Origin: Setoptus koraiensis
Lineage: Eukaryota; Animalia; Arthropoda
DNA: 64,000 nt
Direction: 5' to 3'
Assembly: GCA_048013815.1 (NCBI GenBank)
Contig: CM106585.1
Span: 4,402,001-4,466,000, forward strand
Under the pieces are notes generated by a model. It was given only the letters and a program-made list of their open reading frames with translations. It made no database searches and was not told the origin of the DNA. Positions 46,634 through 57,864 of this stretch are shown in pieces. Both the position numbers and the translations under genes were made by a program. Position 1 is the first letter of the stretch, and each line of letters opens with the position of its first letter.

Positions 46634-49600
46634 ACGGCCAGAAAGAGGCCAGAAATAGAAACAACAACAATGGCCAGGATGATACATGATTTCGCGGGCC
46701 CCATCCACTCCATTATCGAGCATAATAATAATAACAAAGTTGCTGTCCGTCTGTCTGTCTGTTTGTTTGTTTGCTGGCCCCGTGCACCTCGGCTACCTCA
46801 GTCGACCGTCGGGCGCCACGCAGAGGCCGCAACAACTGATGCAGCGGCGGGCGCCAGCACCGCCAAAGAGCGGCCTCCGCGCCGGAGATAACGGCTCGCT
46901 CGCTCGCTTGTAGCTCAAGTGCGCGCCTACTGTTCGCGGGACCGCAAATTAGATTTGGCCATCGATCTAGCCGCTAGATTGTAGCGGGTGGAAGTGCCGC
47001 AACGGATGCGATCGGATTTAGTACAGTGCAGACCGGTTCAGTCCGGTTCGGCCGCGCCGCGCGCCAGCCGCATAGAACTGAACCAATCGAATCGAATCGA
47101 ATTGAACCGATTCGATCGATCCATCTAGCTAGGATTTGCGCCACTAAACAACTAGATCAAATGCCACTCGACACCGTGTTCTCGAATGCACTCCCGGCTG
47201 CCGGGCCCCAGCGCAGATGCCCGTCGAGGGGCCCGCGCAGACGGCAACGAACCAAATCGATGCCACAACAACACGAACAGGTTCATATTTTATGTATGTT
47301 GTTTCTCTGCTCTATTGTTTCGGCGCCAGAGAGCGTTGCTTGGAGTTTTTGTGTCCGTTTCCGATCGTCCCTATAGCTCCATTAGCTTACCATTATTTCC
47401 GCGGCTCAGGTAACCAGAACCATGAAACAGTTAACCGAACACCCGACACAATGTTGTCGGCGCTGGTCAACGGTGCGCCGGGCCTCGCTGTTGGCCGGCC
47501 ACCGATCGAAATCGAAACGAGTTTGTTGCACCTTGCGGCAAATCGAGCAATTGTTTTGTCGCGCCCTGCAGCAAACTGACCAATTGTTTTGTTGTATCGC
47601 TGTTGTTTTGTGACAAAAACAACGACGACACAACCAGTGCGATGCACAGATCAAATGGACATCCAATGTTAGCGGCTTGATCGGTGGCAGGTGACGGTAA
47701 CGGTCAATTGGCAATTGGAGCCAACGCTTGCAACAATCTTTTTCGCGCATTGTTTTGACGGAGGCGCCGCGATATTGGCGCAACCAGATATTGCCGTTGC
47801 CCGATACCGCCGCCACTTGGAGCAATGGCCGACAAATGACAGTTGGCCCAGTGCTTGTTGTTGTCGTTGTTGTTGTTGCTGTTATCACCGTTATGTAGCC
47901 CGCCAGGTAAATCACAAAATGTTTGTGTGTGTGTAAACGATAAAGCCCAAGTACAGTGTGAGTGTCGTGTCATCGCGGCTAACGCGCCGGCCTCGACATA
48001 ATAATGACAACACTGTTACATAAGAAACAATTTGCACACAGCGACACGAAATCTGTAGCGTTCACGAGAGTAACTGTTATGTTATGTAACATAACAAAAC
48101 AGCTGACCGGCTAACTGTTTCCAGGCTGTACAAGTAACTTTTTGCGTGCAAACACTCCGCTGCTATCTTATACAATCGCCCAGTTATTGTATTGTTCCAG
48201 TTACATTGCTGTTTGCTGGCAAACGAGCAGTAGTAGTCGGCTAATGAGACTACTGGACATTAGCGCTTGTGACATTGGCACGTATCATGTATAATTAGTT
48301 TGTTGCGACTTGGCCGCTGACATGGGGCCCGTTGCAAGTCAGGCGATTCGAGGTCAGGCGATTCGAAGTCTAGCGATTCGAAGCGAACTGGCCATAAACT
48401 GAGCGCAAAACTAGAGAACGTTCGCGAGCACCAAACATGGCCCAAGTGACCGAATGACGCGTCAGATATAACAAGAGCATTGACAAGAAGCATTGAACTT
48501 GTCACTCAGGCCTCTAAACTATAAACAATTGCCTTTCATCATAAGTTGCATCATCACGGCCTCTTATGTAACCCTATGGTTTGCCTCTATGAGTTATATA
48601 AGAGCTTGCAAGTTGCAACAACATTAGCGCTCCAAGGCCATAAAGCCATCTGCTGGTCGGATGTCACGGCACTGTTTGTCGGACGTTTGTTGCACTGTTG
48701 TGCTGCTGCCAACTGGCGAGGTCACTCACTGGACAACTAACGACGCCAATTGCTCAAGTGACCAATGGTCATTCGAGCTGCCAGCATAGGGTGCAATGAT
48801 CTTTTGGGATCTATTAAATATCATTGGAGCGCATCATCAACGGGTTGAGTTTAGTTGAAATGACCAGTTAGCTGCCAATGACAGTTAGTTAACTGGTCAA
48901 CTGTCAGTGTGTTGTTATGTATTAATGCATGCAGTAGTGTCAAATAGCGGCTACCAGATGGCAGATCTTGAGCCGGCCTGAAATGTACCTGATAAGAGTT
49001 TTATCACACTATCATCACTTGTGACACCACCAACGGTGACGTAACAGCCATCGCCAATGGTGTCGGTCGGTTGGGGCCAGAGTGTTGACCATAGTGCCAA
49101 TGTAACTCAACTGGCGACAGCGGCAAACAGTGACGCTGTCGCCTTACAGGCTTAGAGCGCAGGTGAATATTAATTAGTTTGAGCCGTGTTTCGGCCGGAC
49201 ACAGTTACTAACTTTTAACTGTCAGCTAGGTGGCCGGAAAAATGCGACATTTATACTATTTATCGTGGCCGGTATTGTGACATAAAGTTGCCTGATCAAT
49301 TAATATAAAGTGGCCAATTTAATGTCAGTGTCGTCATCGTATGAGCTTGTTGGCTCATTTGTGCGATGAGCTGACAAAAATCATACTAATTATTGGCCCC
49401 TGCAAGTCGCTAATTGATTCACTCAATCTGAATGTCGTCGCATGTGATGCCCGACACTGCGACAATTAATTATCCGAGTGGTCACTTCGTTAATGCGCCT
49501 AAGCATCCATGCAGCCCTCGTATATAGCCTCGCGTCAAGCAAACCAACTCGGTCTACATAAATATGAATATATACAAACTACGGATAAGGCTAGACATTT

Positions 49601-50901
49601 TTCCGGAAGTGAATCTTGATCTGAAGATGAGTTGTTGACGGGCCGTAGCTCACTCAAGGCTGCATGAATATCAATCAACGATTGAGATAAATCAATATCT
49701 CGATCGTTTCGTCGACGTGCGACTTGTGTTTGCCCAAACAGCATTGCGTGCACCGTTATTTCATCGAATGACACATAACGAATCGCTGACAATATTCGTT
49801 CCGGTGCACCGAATGCACATTGCGGCCATTCTCTTCGCGCCAGCTCGACGCTGATCTCGTGACAGTTTATCTGCTCTGGCGCGCGCACCATCCCATTTCG
49901 AAATCCTCCTTCGAAATTGTTCGGCGACAACAGCATGCAGATTGTTTGTCAATCATTGGCTACAATTTACGAGTGCTCGCTTAGCTTCTCAATTTTGGCT
50001 CGTTAGTTTGATGTTAGAACGCAATTACTATTGACTTTTCTTCGCCAATGGCGCGCTGAGTATGCACTTGAGCCTATGGCCTTTTCCAGGAAGGCCCAAA
50101 TTGCTGTCGTCGAGACCGTGAAAATGCCATGCCACTCGCCTGCTTTATCTTGCCATTTACCTGGTCTAGTGCATGGCATATATGAGCTACTTGCTGTCAG
50201 TGTTCGTCGTGTTTTTTTTCTGGGGCCCACTCAATCACTGGAACGCCCTATTGACCGTTTGCATCAACAACTTTTGGTCAATATTTCGTTGGAACACACA
50301 CCAACTGGGCAGCTAAAGTCAACGAGCGAGTCATTAAGTTCAAGTCTTGTGCCGTCTAGTCGCTGAATGGCATTTAGAAATCTATTGAAAATTTCAAACG
50401 GCTAATTATCTGACTGGGCCAGTTTAGGTCAGCCGCAACTAATGAATAACCGAATATGATATTACCATATTATGTGTGGTATAAAAGGCTTCACCTGTGC
50501 TGCCAATCCAACACGGACAGCACCAATGGCAGATGGCGCCATCTATTTGGCCACGAAAAAAATCAAATTGTTGTGGAAACCCGGCATTGGCATTTAGCCG
50601 GCACCAATTTGCTCGGCAAAAAGGCAAGCTTGCGAGATTTTTCTCGTGAATTTTCTATCGGGCATCGAAATTCGGAGCGACCGAGGTAAATTTTTTGCTT
50701 CGTTTGCTAGTTTTCCAGGAAATCCACTCAAAAATGGGAGCTTGCCCGCTCGAAAGATGGCGCTTGACGACTGAAGAGTGATTTCAAATAAAAACATGAA
50801 CTGCACAACTGGCATACGAGAATTACGAACATTTTATCGAGTAGTCAGTCCCGAATTGGAGAGTGAACTAGCGCAACCGAATGACGCAGTTATAAAATAA
50901 T

Positions 50902-50907
50902 TTTATT
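50902..50907 (-). terminator. Putative polyadenylation signal (AATAAA) of the Wnt gene
   Basis: TTTATT on + strand about 245 nt downstream of the Wnt stop. Confidence 0.35.
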
Positions 50908-51151
50908 ATTTGTGGTTCGATATAGTGGAGTTCAAATTAGTGGAGTTGAGTTTAGTTTGAAGGATTATCTTTGAAAAATATAAACATGATTCATAGGCTG
51001 TTGTTGTTGTTGTTGTTGTTGTGGATGTATCACAGTCGGTGGATCTTTTTTAGTTGTTGTCACACGATGGTGAGAGGGCGCGATGGTAAGATAAACATTG
51101 CACATTGCAAGTGCATGCGTTGTTCACCTGGCCAAATTGAACTAATTAGTA

Positions 51152-52063
51152 CTAATTACAGGTGTGCAGTTGTTTTTCTGTTTTGCAAATAAAACAGGTT
51201 GTATGGCAACAATAATGAAATTTACAATGACACATTTCGCTATGACTAATAACGCGCGTTTTGTAACCACGTCCGCAGCACAATTTGTCACAGGAATCGG
51301 GCGCGTTAGGATGAGCGTTTGGGTCGCATTCTCTCGCTTGGGTGCCCGCGATGCCGAGCCTGGCATCCGGCTGACAATAATCGGGCGACTTGTGCAAATG
51401 TATCAGGTCCTCTTTGTTGAGGTACTGGAAATTTTGTTGCTGGTAGTTGTAGTTGTTGTTGCTGTTGCTGTTGTGAGCGGCCGAGCTGGCGTGCGACCTC
51501 TTGCCGTAACTGGCGCTGCTCTTGCCGTTGTGATAATGGTGACTTCTCGCCGTGGGCCCCATAGAGGACACAATTTGCGTGGTGCAATTGTGCCCGTCGA
51601 TCAGTATGAGCGTGGTGTTTGAATTTATAATTAAATTATGTTCCGTGGTGGCGTTATTTGTAGCTGGCGGCAAATCGCCGCCACTTGCAACAACATTGGG
51701 CTCGTCGTTGACAAAATGGTTGTCCATGTGATTCAGTTTGTTGCTGTTGACGGCGGCCACCACCGTCTGATTGCTCGCTGCGCTCTGCTGTTGGTTGTTG
51801 CTGGCCACTTCCGGTTGCTGGTGCTGCTGTTGTTGTCGTTGGTGCTGGTGGCGCGTAAGAACGTTGATAATCTCGCCCTTGTCCATCATGGCTATGAGGC
51901 GATGCGCCTGTATGGACGGAATGTGAATAGAGGAGTCGTATTTGCGCTTCAGATAATCGCCCACCACGGAGAACGTGGGCAGCGTTCGCCAACAGGTTGT
52001 GAGGGCGCAAGAACCGGACACGCCGTGACAGCGGCACTTGAGCTCCATGTTGCGAGCCACAGC
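51152..52063 (-). CDS. Wnt16: Wnt ligand terminal exon, Wnt16-like
   Basis: AG|GCT GTG GCT gives AVARNMELKCRCHGVSGSCALTTCW (lipidation motif CHGxSGSC intact). KYDSSIHI resembles Wnt16 KYENSIQI; KSPDYCQPDARLGIAGTQAREC resembles Wnt16 [22 protein letters not shown]. Full C-terminal Cys pattern CCGRGY...CHCKFHYCC..C..C......C. Wnt family certain, subfamily probable. Confidence 0.85.
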   Translation of the reverse strand, partial: AVARNMELKCRCHGVSGSCALTTCWRTLPTFSVVGDYLKRKYDSSIHIPSIQAHRLIAMMDKGEIINVLTRHQHQRQQQQHQQPEVASNNQQQSAASNQTVVAAVNSNKLNHMDNHFVNDEPNVVASGGDLPPATNNATTEHNLIINSNTTLILIDGHNCTTQIVSSMGPTARSHHYHNGKSSASYGKRSHASSAAHNSNSNNNYNYQQQNFQYLNKEDLIHLHKSPDYCQPDARLGIAGTQARECDPNAHPNAPDSCDKLCCGRGYKTRVISHSEMCHCKFHYCCHTTCFICKTEKQLHTCN

Positions 52064-52426
52064 CTAATTGTTTGATTGTTGATCATGGTCAGCGTTGAGA
52101 AAAAATTGAAAAAATTAGATAAATAAAAATTGAAATTGTTAGATTGGTTTGTGTGTCGCAAACATTTGCGAGCGCGTAATATTGTTTGTGCGCGATATGA
52201 CATATGGGATATGTGAGAGGCGATGCCCAACCAAAATCCACCCTCAGGCCACCAATTTATTGGGGTTCGAGTTAATGTGGGGCGCAGTTTCTCAATGACT
52301 CAACTGATCTTCATCAGCTGATCTCCTTCGGGTCGGCGGCTTTTCCGCCACCAAACAAATCGCGGCGGCGGCGCCGAGCCGCAAACAAATTCGGGCGCTG
52401 CAACGCGCAGCGGACAAATCTCGCAC

Positions 52427-52490
52427 AAAATCTCGCAAAAAATCTGGCACAAAATCTGGCACAAAATCTGGCACAAAATCTCGCACGAAA
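52427..52490. repeat. 12-bp minisatellite CACAAAATCTSG, about 5 units
   Basis: Direct reading. Confidence 0.8.
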
Positions 52491-52621
52491 ATTTCACTCA
52501 AAACCGGCTGTTGCGGCCGGCACAGGTGAGCGAGGTCAAGTTCGGGCCGGTGCAACAGCGACTGCGATTTCTGGACGAAATTCTAGCTGTTTGCATAGAT
52601 TTTGTTCGCTGCCGCTGTTGT

Positions 52622-52681
52622 TTTCTGGCAACATGATTTCTGGCAACATGATTTCTGGCAACATGTTCTCTGGCAACATGT
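52622..52681. repeat. 15-bp minisatellite TTTCTGGCAACATGA x4
   Basis: Direct reading. Confidence 0.85.
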
Positions 52682-55542
52682 TTTCGGCCGCTAATAAGCT
52701 AGGCACGCAATAAAATCATAGATCATCGTCGGAGATTTGATGATCACGTCAGCGTTCGCGACCAATGGGCCTTTCTGCAGCTTGTCTGCCAAATTGATGC
52801 CGTCGAGTTGAGCGCATCACAACAGATTGTGGTGCATTGTTGGTTGGCGCGGGCACAAGTGGAAATTGGCCGATCGACAGCTCTCAATCGCGTCACTATG
52901 ACATTATCTGTTCGTTTCCATCTCTCTCTCTCTCTCTCACTTGTTGTTGCTGGCAATAAATTTTGTGTGTGTCCATTTCGACACACACACAAATACGTGA
53001 ATCGGCCACATGAGCCAGTTTGATTTTGGCTTGTCGCTCGGTGCGTCTCATTTATTATTTATTATCATGTTTGCATTATGTTGTTTTGTTGAATTTGTAA
53101 TAATTTTGCGAACTCGCAATTGTACGAATTGTGCGCTTTGGAATTGCACCAATTCTGTGCATTCGAAATTGTACTAATTCTGCGAATTTGAATTCGCTCG
53201 GCGCGATCCAAGTGAACGAAACAGGATCTGGCGCGACCATGGGCCGATGGTGACGACTACCGGCGACGAGCTGTTGACCTGATAAACAAGAATGGCGGCC
53301 GAGTGGCGAGTCGCGACAGCAAAATGACAGACGATGACAGATGATCAGATAGGCAAATGAACAACAGGAGAACAAGTGTGGTCGGCCAATAGCAATGAGA
53401 GATAATTGAGCAGTAATAATCAGCGATGCGAGCGATGTTTTATGGTGGCAACACACATAAAACACGGCGCTGGCGTCTTGCGACTTGATGCCACTTGTTG
53501 ATCTGGAACAATTTTTGGCTTGTTACACTGTTTGCGAAATTAGAGATTTTATTGATCGAGCGCAACTCGCCGGGCAACTTGTTGCTGTTGCTGTTGTTGC
53601 TGCTGTCGTTGTTGTTGTTGTTGCTGCTGTGGTTGTTGTTGCTGTCGTGGTTGCTGTCGCTGCCGTTGTTGGCGTCGCTGCTGCTGCTGCTGTTGGGCGA
53701 ATCATCATCTCATATCTCACCCGAAATAATCGCGGCACAAATTGGAAACAGGTGCGCTGATAAACATCGTGCTCATGCGCCGGTCACTCGATGTTTGCGG
53801 CGAAAGGCGCAGCCAACAACAAGTGTCTCTATTAGCCACTAATGGCCGCAGTCTGTTAGCGGCCTAATGAATGGTCACTCTTCCTCTGATTACATCATTA
53901 GTTGATAGTCCTCGCAAGCGTGTGTGTGTGTGTGTGTGCGTTTGAGTGGCCAGTTGGGAGATTAATCATTTCGCTGCTGACACAAGTCGTGGCCAGCGAC
54001 AGCCAAAGAATGATTCTATTTTCATCTATTTCGCCAGCCATTTCGCCATCTATTTCGCCATCAAGGTCACTAATGGCTCCTGACGCGCAACCACTGACAA
54101 TGCCACAACCTGTCCCACCAAACACTGTTAAACGGTCAGACACTGGCCAGCCGCTCATTATTAACAGCCAGTGTCGTGCTCGCCGATGGTGTGAAGACTA
54201 CCTGTGGTGCCGATAATCAACAACTGATTACATAACGCAAAGCGAGCCATTAATTAATAATAATGTTGTTGTTGTTTCATGCGCGCTTGTTGGCCACAAC
54301 CAATTGGCGCACAACAACAATATTGTTTTCTTTATTTTTCTCTTAGTTTTCTCTATTTGAGCAATGCAATCACGACGCGTTCCGTGCCACTCGGCGGGGC
54401 CAACACATTTCATTGCATCATTGCATGATCACGGCAACTTTCACAAACTGTATCACATGCACTGGACACATCTAATCTAATACGGCTAATCTAATATACG
54501 CGCCAGAGGTGCCAGTGAGCGTTCGTTCAAGTGAGAGCAACACTTGTTGCTCGCGCTGGCTCGCAACTGGCGGGCCGGCGCTCGCAACTGTCGGGCCGGC
54601 GCTCGCAAACTATCGGCAGTTGCGATGGCTATTAGTTAATACCCGCCACTTATTAGTTATTAGTTATTACATATCGTGACTGGTCGTTTTGGCACTTCTT
54701 TAATGGCCTGCACACATACGCTCCGTTTGGCCCGATGATGGAAGGCATTCTTGGCCGCTAGTTGCGCTGCTCAGGTGGCTCATCACCACGACATCCATCA
54801 CTTTGGCCCGCGGAATTCCGCCCTCTACAGCACGGTCACCGCTCACACCGCATTCGGTCGGCCGGGGCGCCGCTCACACGCCTCGACGCACCGAGTGCCC
54901 GGCCGATCGAGTGCCCGGCGGATCGGGTGCCCCAACGAGCGGATGCCCCACCGATTGGATGCCCCAACGAGCGAATGCCGCGCCACACCGAAATCAATCA
55001 GATTTGCTCGAAATTCGTTTGTTGTGTGTTCGCTGCAAAACAGAGTGTGTCCGCGTGCGGCCCGCATCTTCGCGGGCCGATTCTTCGGATTCTTCGCGAA
55101 CGCGGACAGTCCGCGGCGGACGGGCCAGGGGCGGACGGGCGAGCGGCGGACGGACCGCGGACTGGCCGGCGGAATTTCGCGCCAACAGTTGCCACCTATG
55201 GCAGGTAGAGTGCGCCAGATGGAAACTGGAACCCGCAAGCGGGCGTTCGCAGCGACCGATCTGTGCGCAAATGGAGATTGCTGCCAGTGTGCCACTGTTT
55301 TTCGCCTGTTGTGCCCGTCATTGGCCGGCGCGGTTCGAGAGGGAGAGCGAGAAATCCGTTGTTTCTATCACGATTTTCGTTCTCGCTGCTGGTGTGCCGA
55401 CAGCAACCATGATTTATCTGATCCATTATTTCTCGGCTATTCAACTATTCAAATTTCGCCAGCTACGTTGCTCGCCGCGGCCAAATTTGCCAGCGCCGCG
55501 GCCAGCGCGAATCGAGCGAGCGGCGAGAGGCCCAGAAAGGCC

Positions 55543-55610
55543 GAAATCGCCGAAGTCGTCGAAGTCGGCGAAGTCGCCGAAATCGCCGAAGTCGCCGAAG
55601 TGGTCGAATC
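55543..55610. repeat. 9-bp minisatellite CGAARTCGC, about 7 units
   Basis: Direct reading. Confidence 0.8.
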
Positions 55611-56215
55611 GCGGTGAGAGTGTGCGCGCGAGGGCGCCGGCAACAGGTTGCCGGCCACTGGAATCGGGCCTAAGTTTGATTACGGTTCTCGAGTCGCCAC
55701 TGATCAAACATCAGCTGACCACGGTCAATGGCAGACGGGCGAAACTGTTAAAAAAGTGCCGGTTAAAAAACTTTAGGTGCGAGCCACGGTGCAGCCAATT
55801 GCGCTGCCGCGGCCGTGCACCGACTGGTCGTGCGTATCCAATGGTCACTTAAGAGGCTGCCAAGAACAAAAACAAGCGGCCCATTCTCTGGCCGTTCTCA
55901 TGCCGCGCCAGTGATAAACTCCAATAATAAACTAAAATAATAATAATAATAATAGTAATAAATAAATCGATTGTGAGCGGCTGGCTTCAGTTACATGCTT
56001 GTTTGTTTGACTTTTGCACCGCGCTTTCGGCCGCACTCTGCACCGTCAGGCCTGCACCGTCCGGCGTGGCGCTGCACCAGGCGCTTGTTGGCCGGTTTTA
56101 GTGCGGCTAATTCTATTACTGATAATTGGTTAACCGGCCACTGGCAGCAGCATGATAATGATGTTGCTGCTGGCGATGATTAAATGAGTTTTCTAGAATA
56201 AAAGAGTTGATGCCG

Positions 56216-56271
56216 ACCGACTGATCGACCGACTGACCAACCGACTGACCAACCGACTGACCAACCGACTG
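56216..56271. repeat. 12-bp minisatellite CCGACTGACCAA, 4-5 units
   Basis: Direct reading. Confidence 0.8.
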
Positions 56272-57802
56272 GCCGGCCGAGCGACGGCCAACAATTCATT
56301 TCGCGCTCTCACGGCGCAAAAAATCATCATCGCCACTGGTCACTCGGTGCAGCCGCTCGGTGCAGCCACTGGACGCGGCCACTTGGTGCAGCCACTACTA
56401 GTGGCCAGACGAGCGGCGGTGCTGCGCCGCTGCAAAGGTGCAGAGGTGCAAAGGTGCCGTGGTGTCGCCTCACCTGTGTGTGTGTCGTTGTTGTTGTGCT
56501 GCTGAGAGTGGCTGCATTTGCATTTGGGCCGGTCACTCGGCCCGAATACGGGCACGATTGACACACACAAACGGCGGCTTGCGACACCCGACTGTTCGAA
56601 CTGCGAGTTGGCGGCCGCTCGACGCAGATTCGGAGCCGGCCGAACGGGCCGCGTTCGAACCGGGGGCAGCGCGTTCGAAGGGCTCGCTCCGAAGAACAAC
56701 AACAGTATCATTATCGTCGTCTTTGTTGTTTGTTAGCACGCGTCGTCAGCGCACAAACAAAGTCAATTCGGCACCAAAGTCAGGTTGGCCCGACGCGAGC
56801 GCCGTCGCTCAAACGTGCCCAAACGAGCCCGACACGTCGCTGTCGGGGCTTGCGGGCGACGGGCGACCTTGCGCGAGTTCTTGTGAGTTTGGGCGAGTTC
56901 TTGTGAGTTTGGGCGAGTTCGGGCGAGAGTGGCGGCCAGCACACCGATAATCATAAACAAAAGTCGATTGTGGCACAAATAATATCATCTCGGCCAGTAT
57001 GATTGAGCGCTTTGGCCACTTTTCTCGTTTGCTTTGGTCGGCTTGCGGCGGCCACTTGTTGCACGCTCTCGAACGGCCGGCTCGTATTGTTCTCATGCTG
57101 CCACAGACTGATTAGTGGATATTCCCGTTCTCATGGCAAACAATCGAGTGAGGTAATTAGATGGATGGATTAGTTTTGTTGTGCCACTTGTGCTCACAAG
57201 TTGCGCCGCCCGTCCCACAGCAAACAATCGGATTCACAAACAAACTTTTCCGATTCGATCCGCCACCGCGACTCGGCCGGACAGCAACAACAACAACGAC
57301 GACGGCAACACCAACGACGACGGCAACAACAACGACGACGGCAACAACAACAACAACAACAATCTGAAAAACAGCAACGACAAGTGCCATTCTCACGCTC
57401 GTCGGGCACAGTCTCGCGGCGGCTTTTCCGACGCGCTAGCTGAGTTCGGTCGGCCGCCGGCGGTCAGCATTCGACATGGGCATTTCTCGGTTTGTGCGGC
57501 TCGGTTGGGCACGCCGAGCCGGGCCCGGCCGGCCGGCCGCGAGATGGAACGCGTGACAGCGGGCGCTGTAATTGAGATGTTGACAGCAACATCATTTGAC
57601 AATTTCTGCGAATGTTGGCGCTGCTGTCGATGCATTGTGGCCGGCGTTGTCGGCGGTTGGCGCTGGTTGTTGGCTGTTGGTGTTTGTTGTTGGCGTGGCC
57701 GGCGCTGTTGGTGTTGCGGGTGTCGTAGGTGGCGCTCATGACGAGCGTAACGGTGCTGGCCAGGACCGATTAAAATAACTTGCACGACAGCGCCGCTGAC
57801 GA

Positions 57803-57864
57803 CACTTTTACCCGACGGCCATCGACGGCCATCGACAGCCATCGACAGGCGTCGGGTAAAAGTG
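57803..57864. repeat. Perfect inverted repeat, 15-bp arms, 32-nt spacer of ATCGACRGCC repeats
   Basis: CACTTTTACCCGACG ... CGTCGGGTAAAAGTG. Confidence 0.9.

Noticed and set aside
49535-49936. 133-aa minus-strand ORF with protein-like composition
   Set aside because: No domain recognised and no splice or Kozak support; needs expression data.
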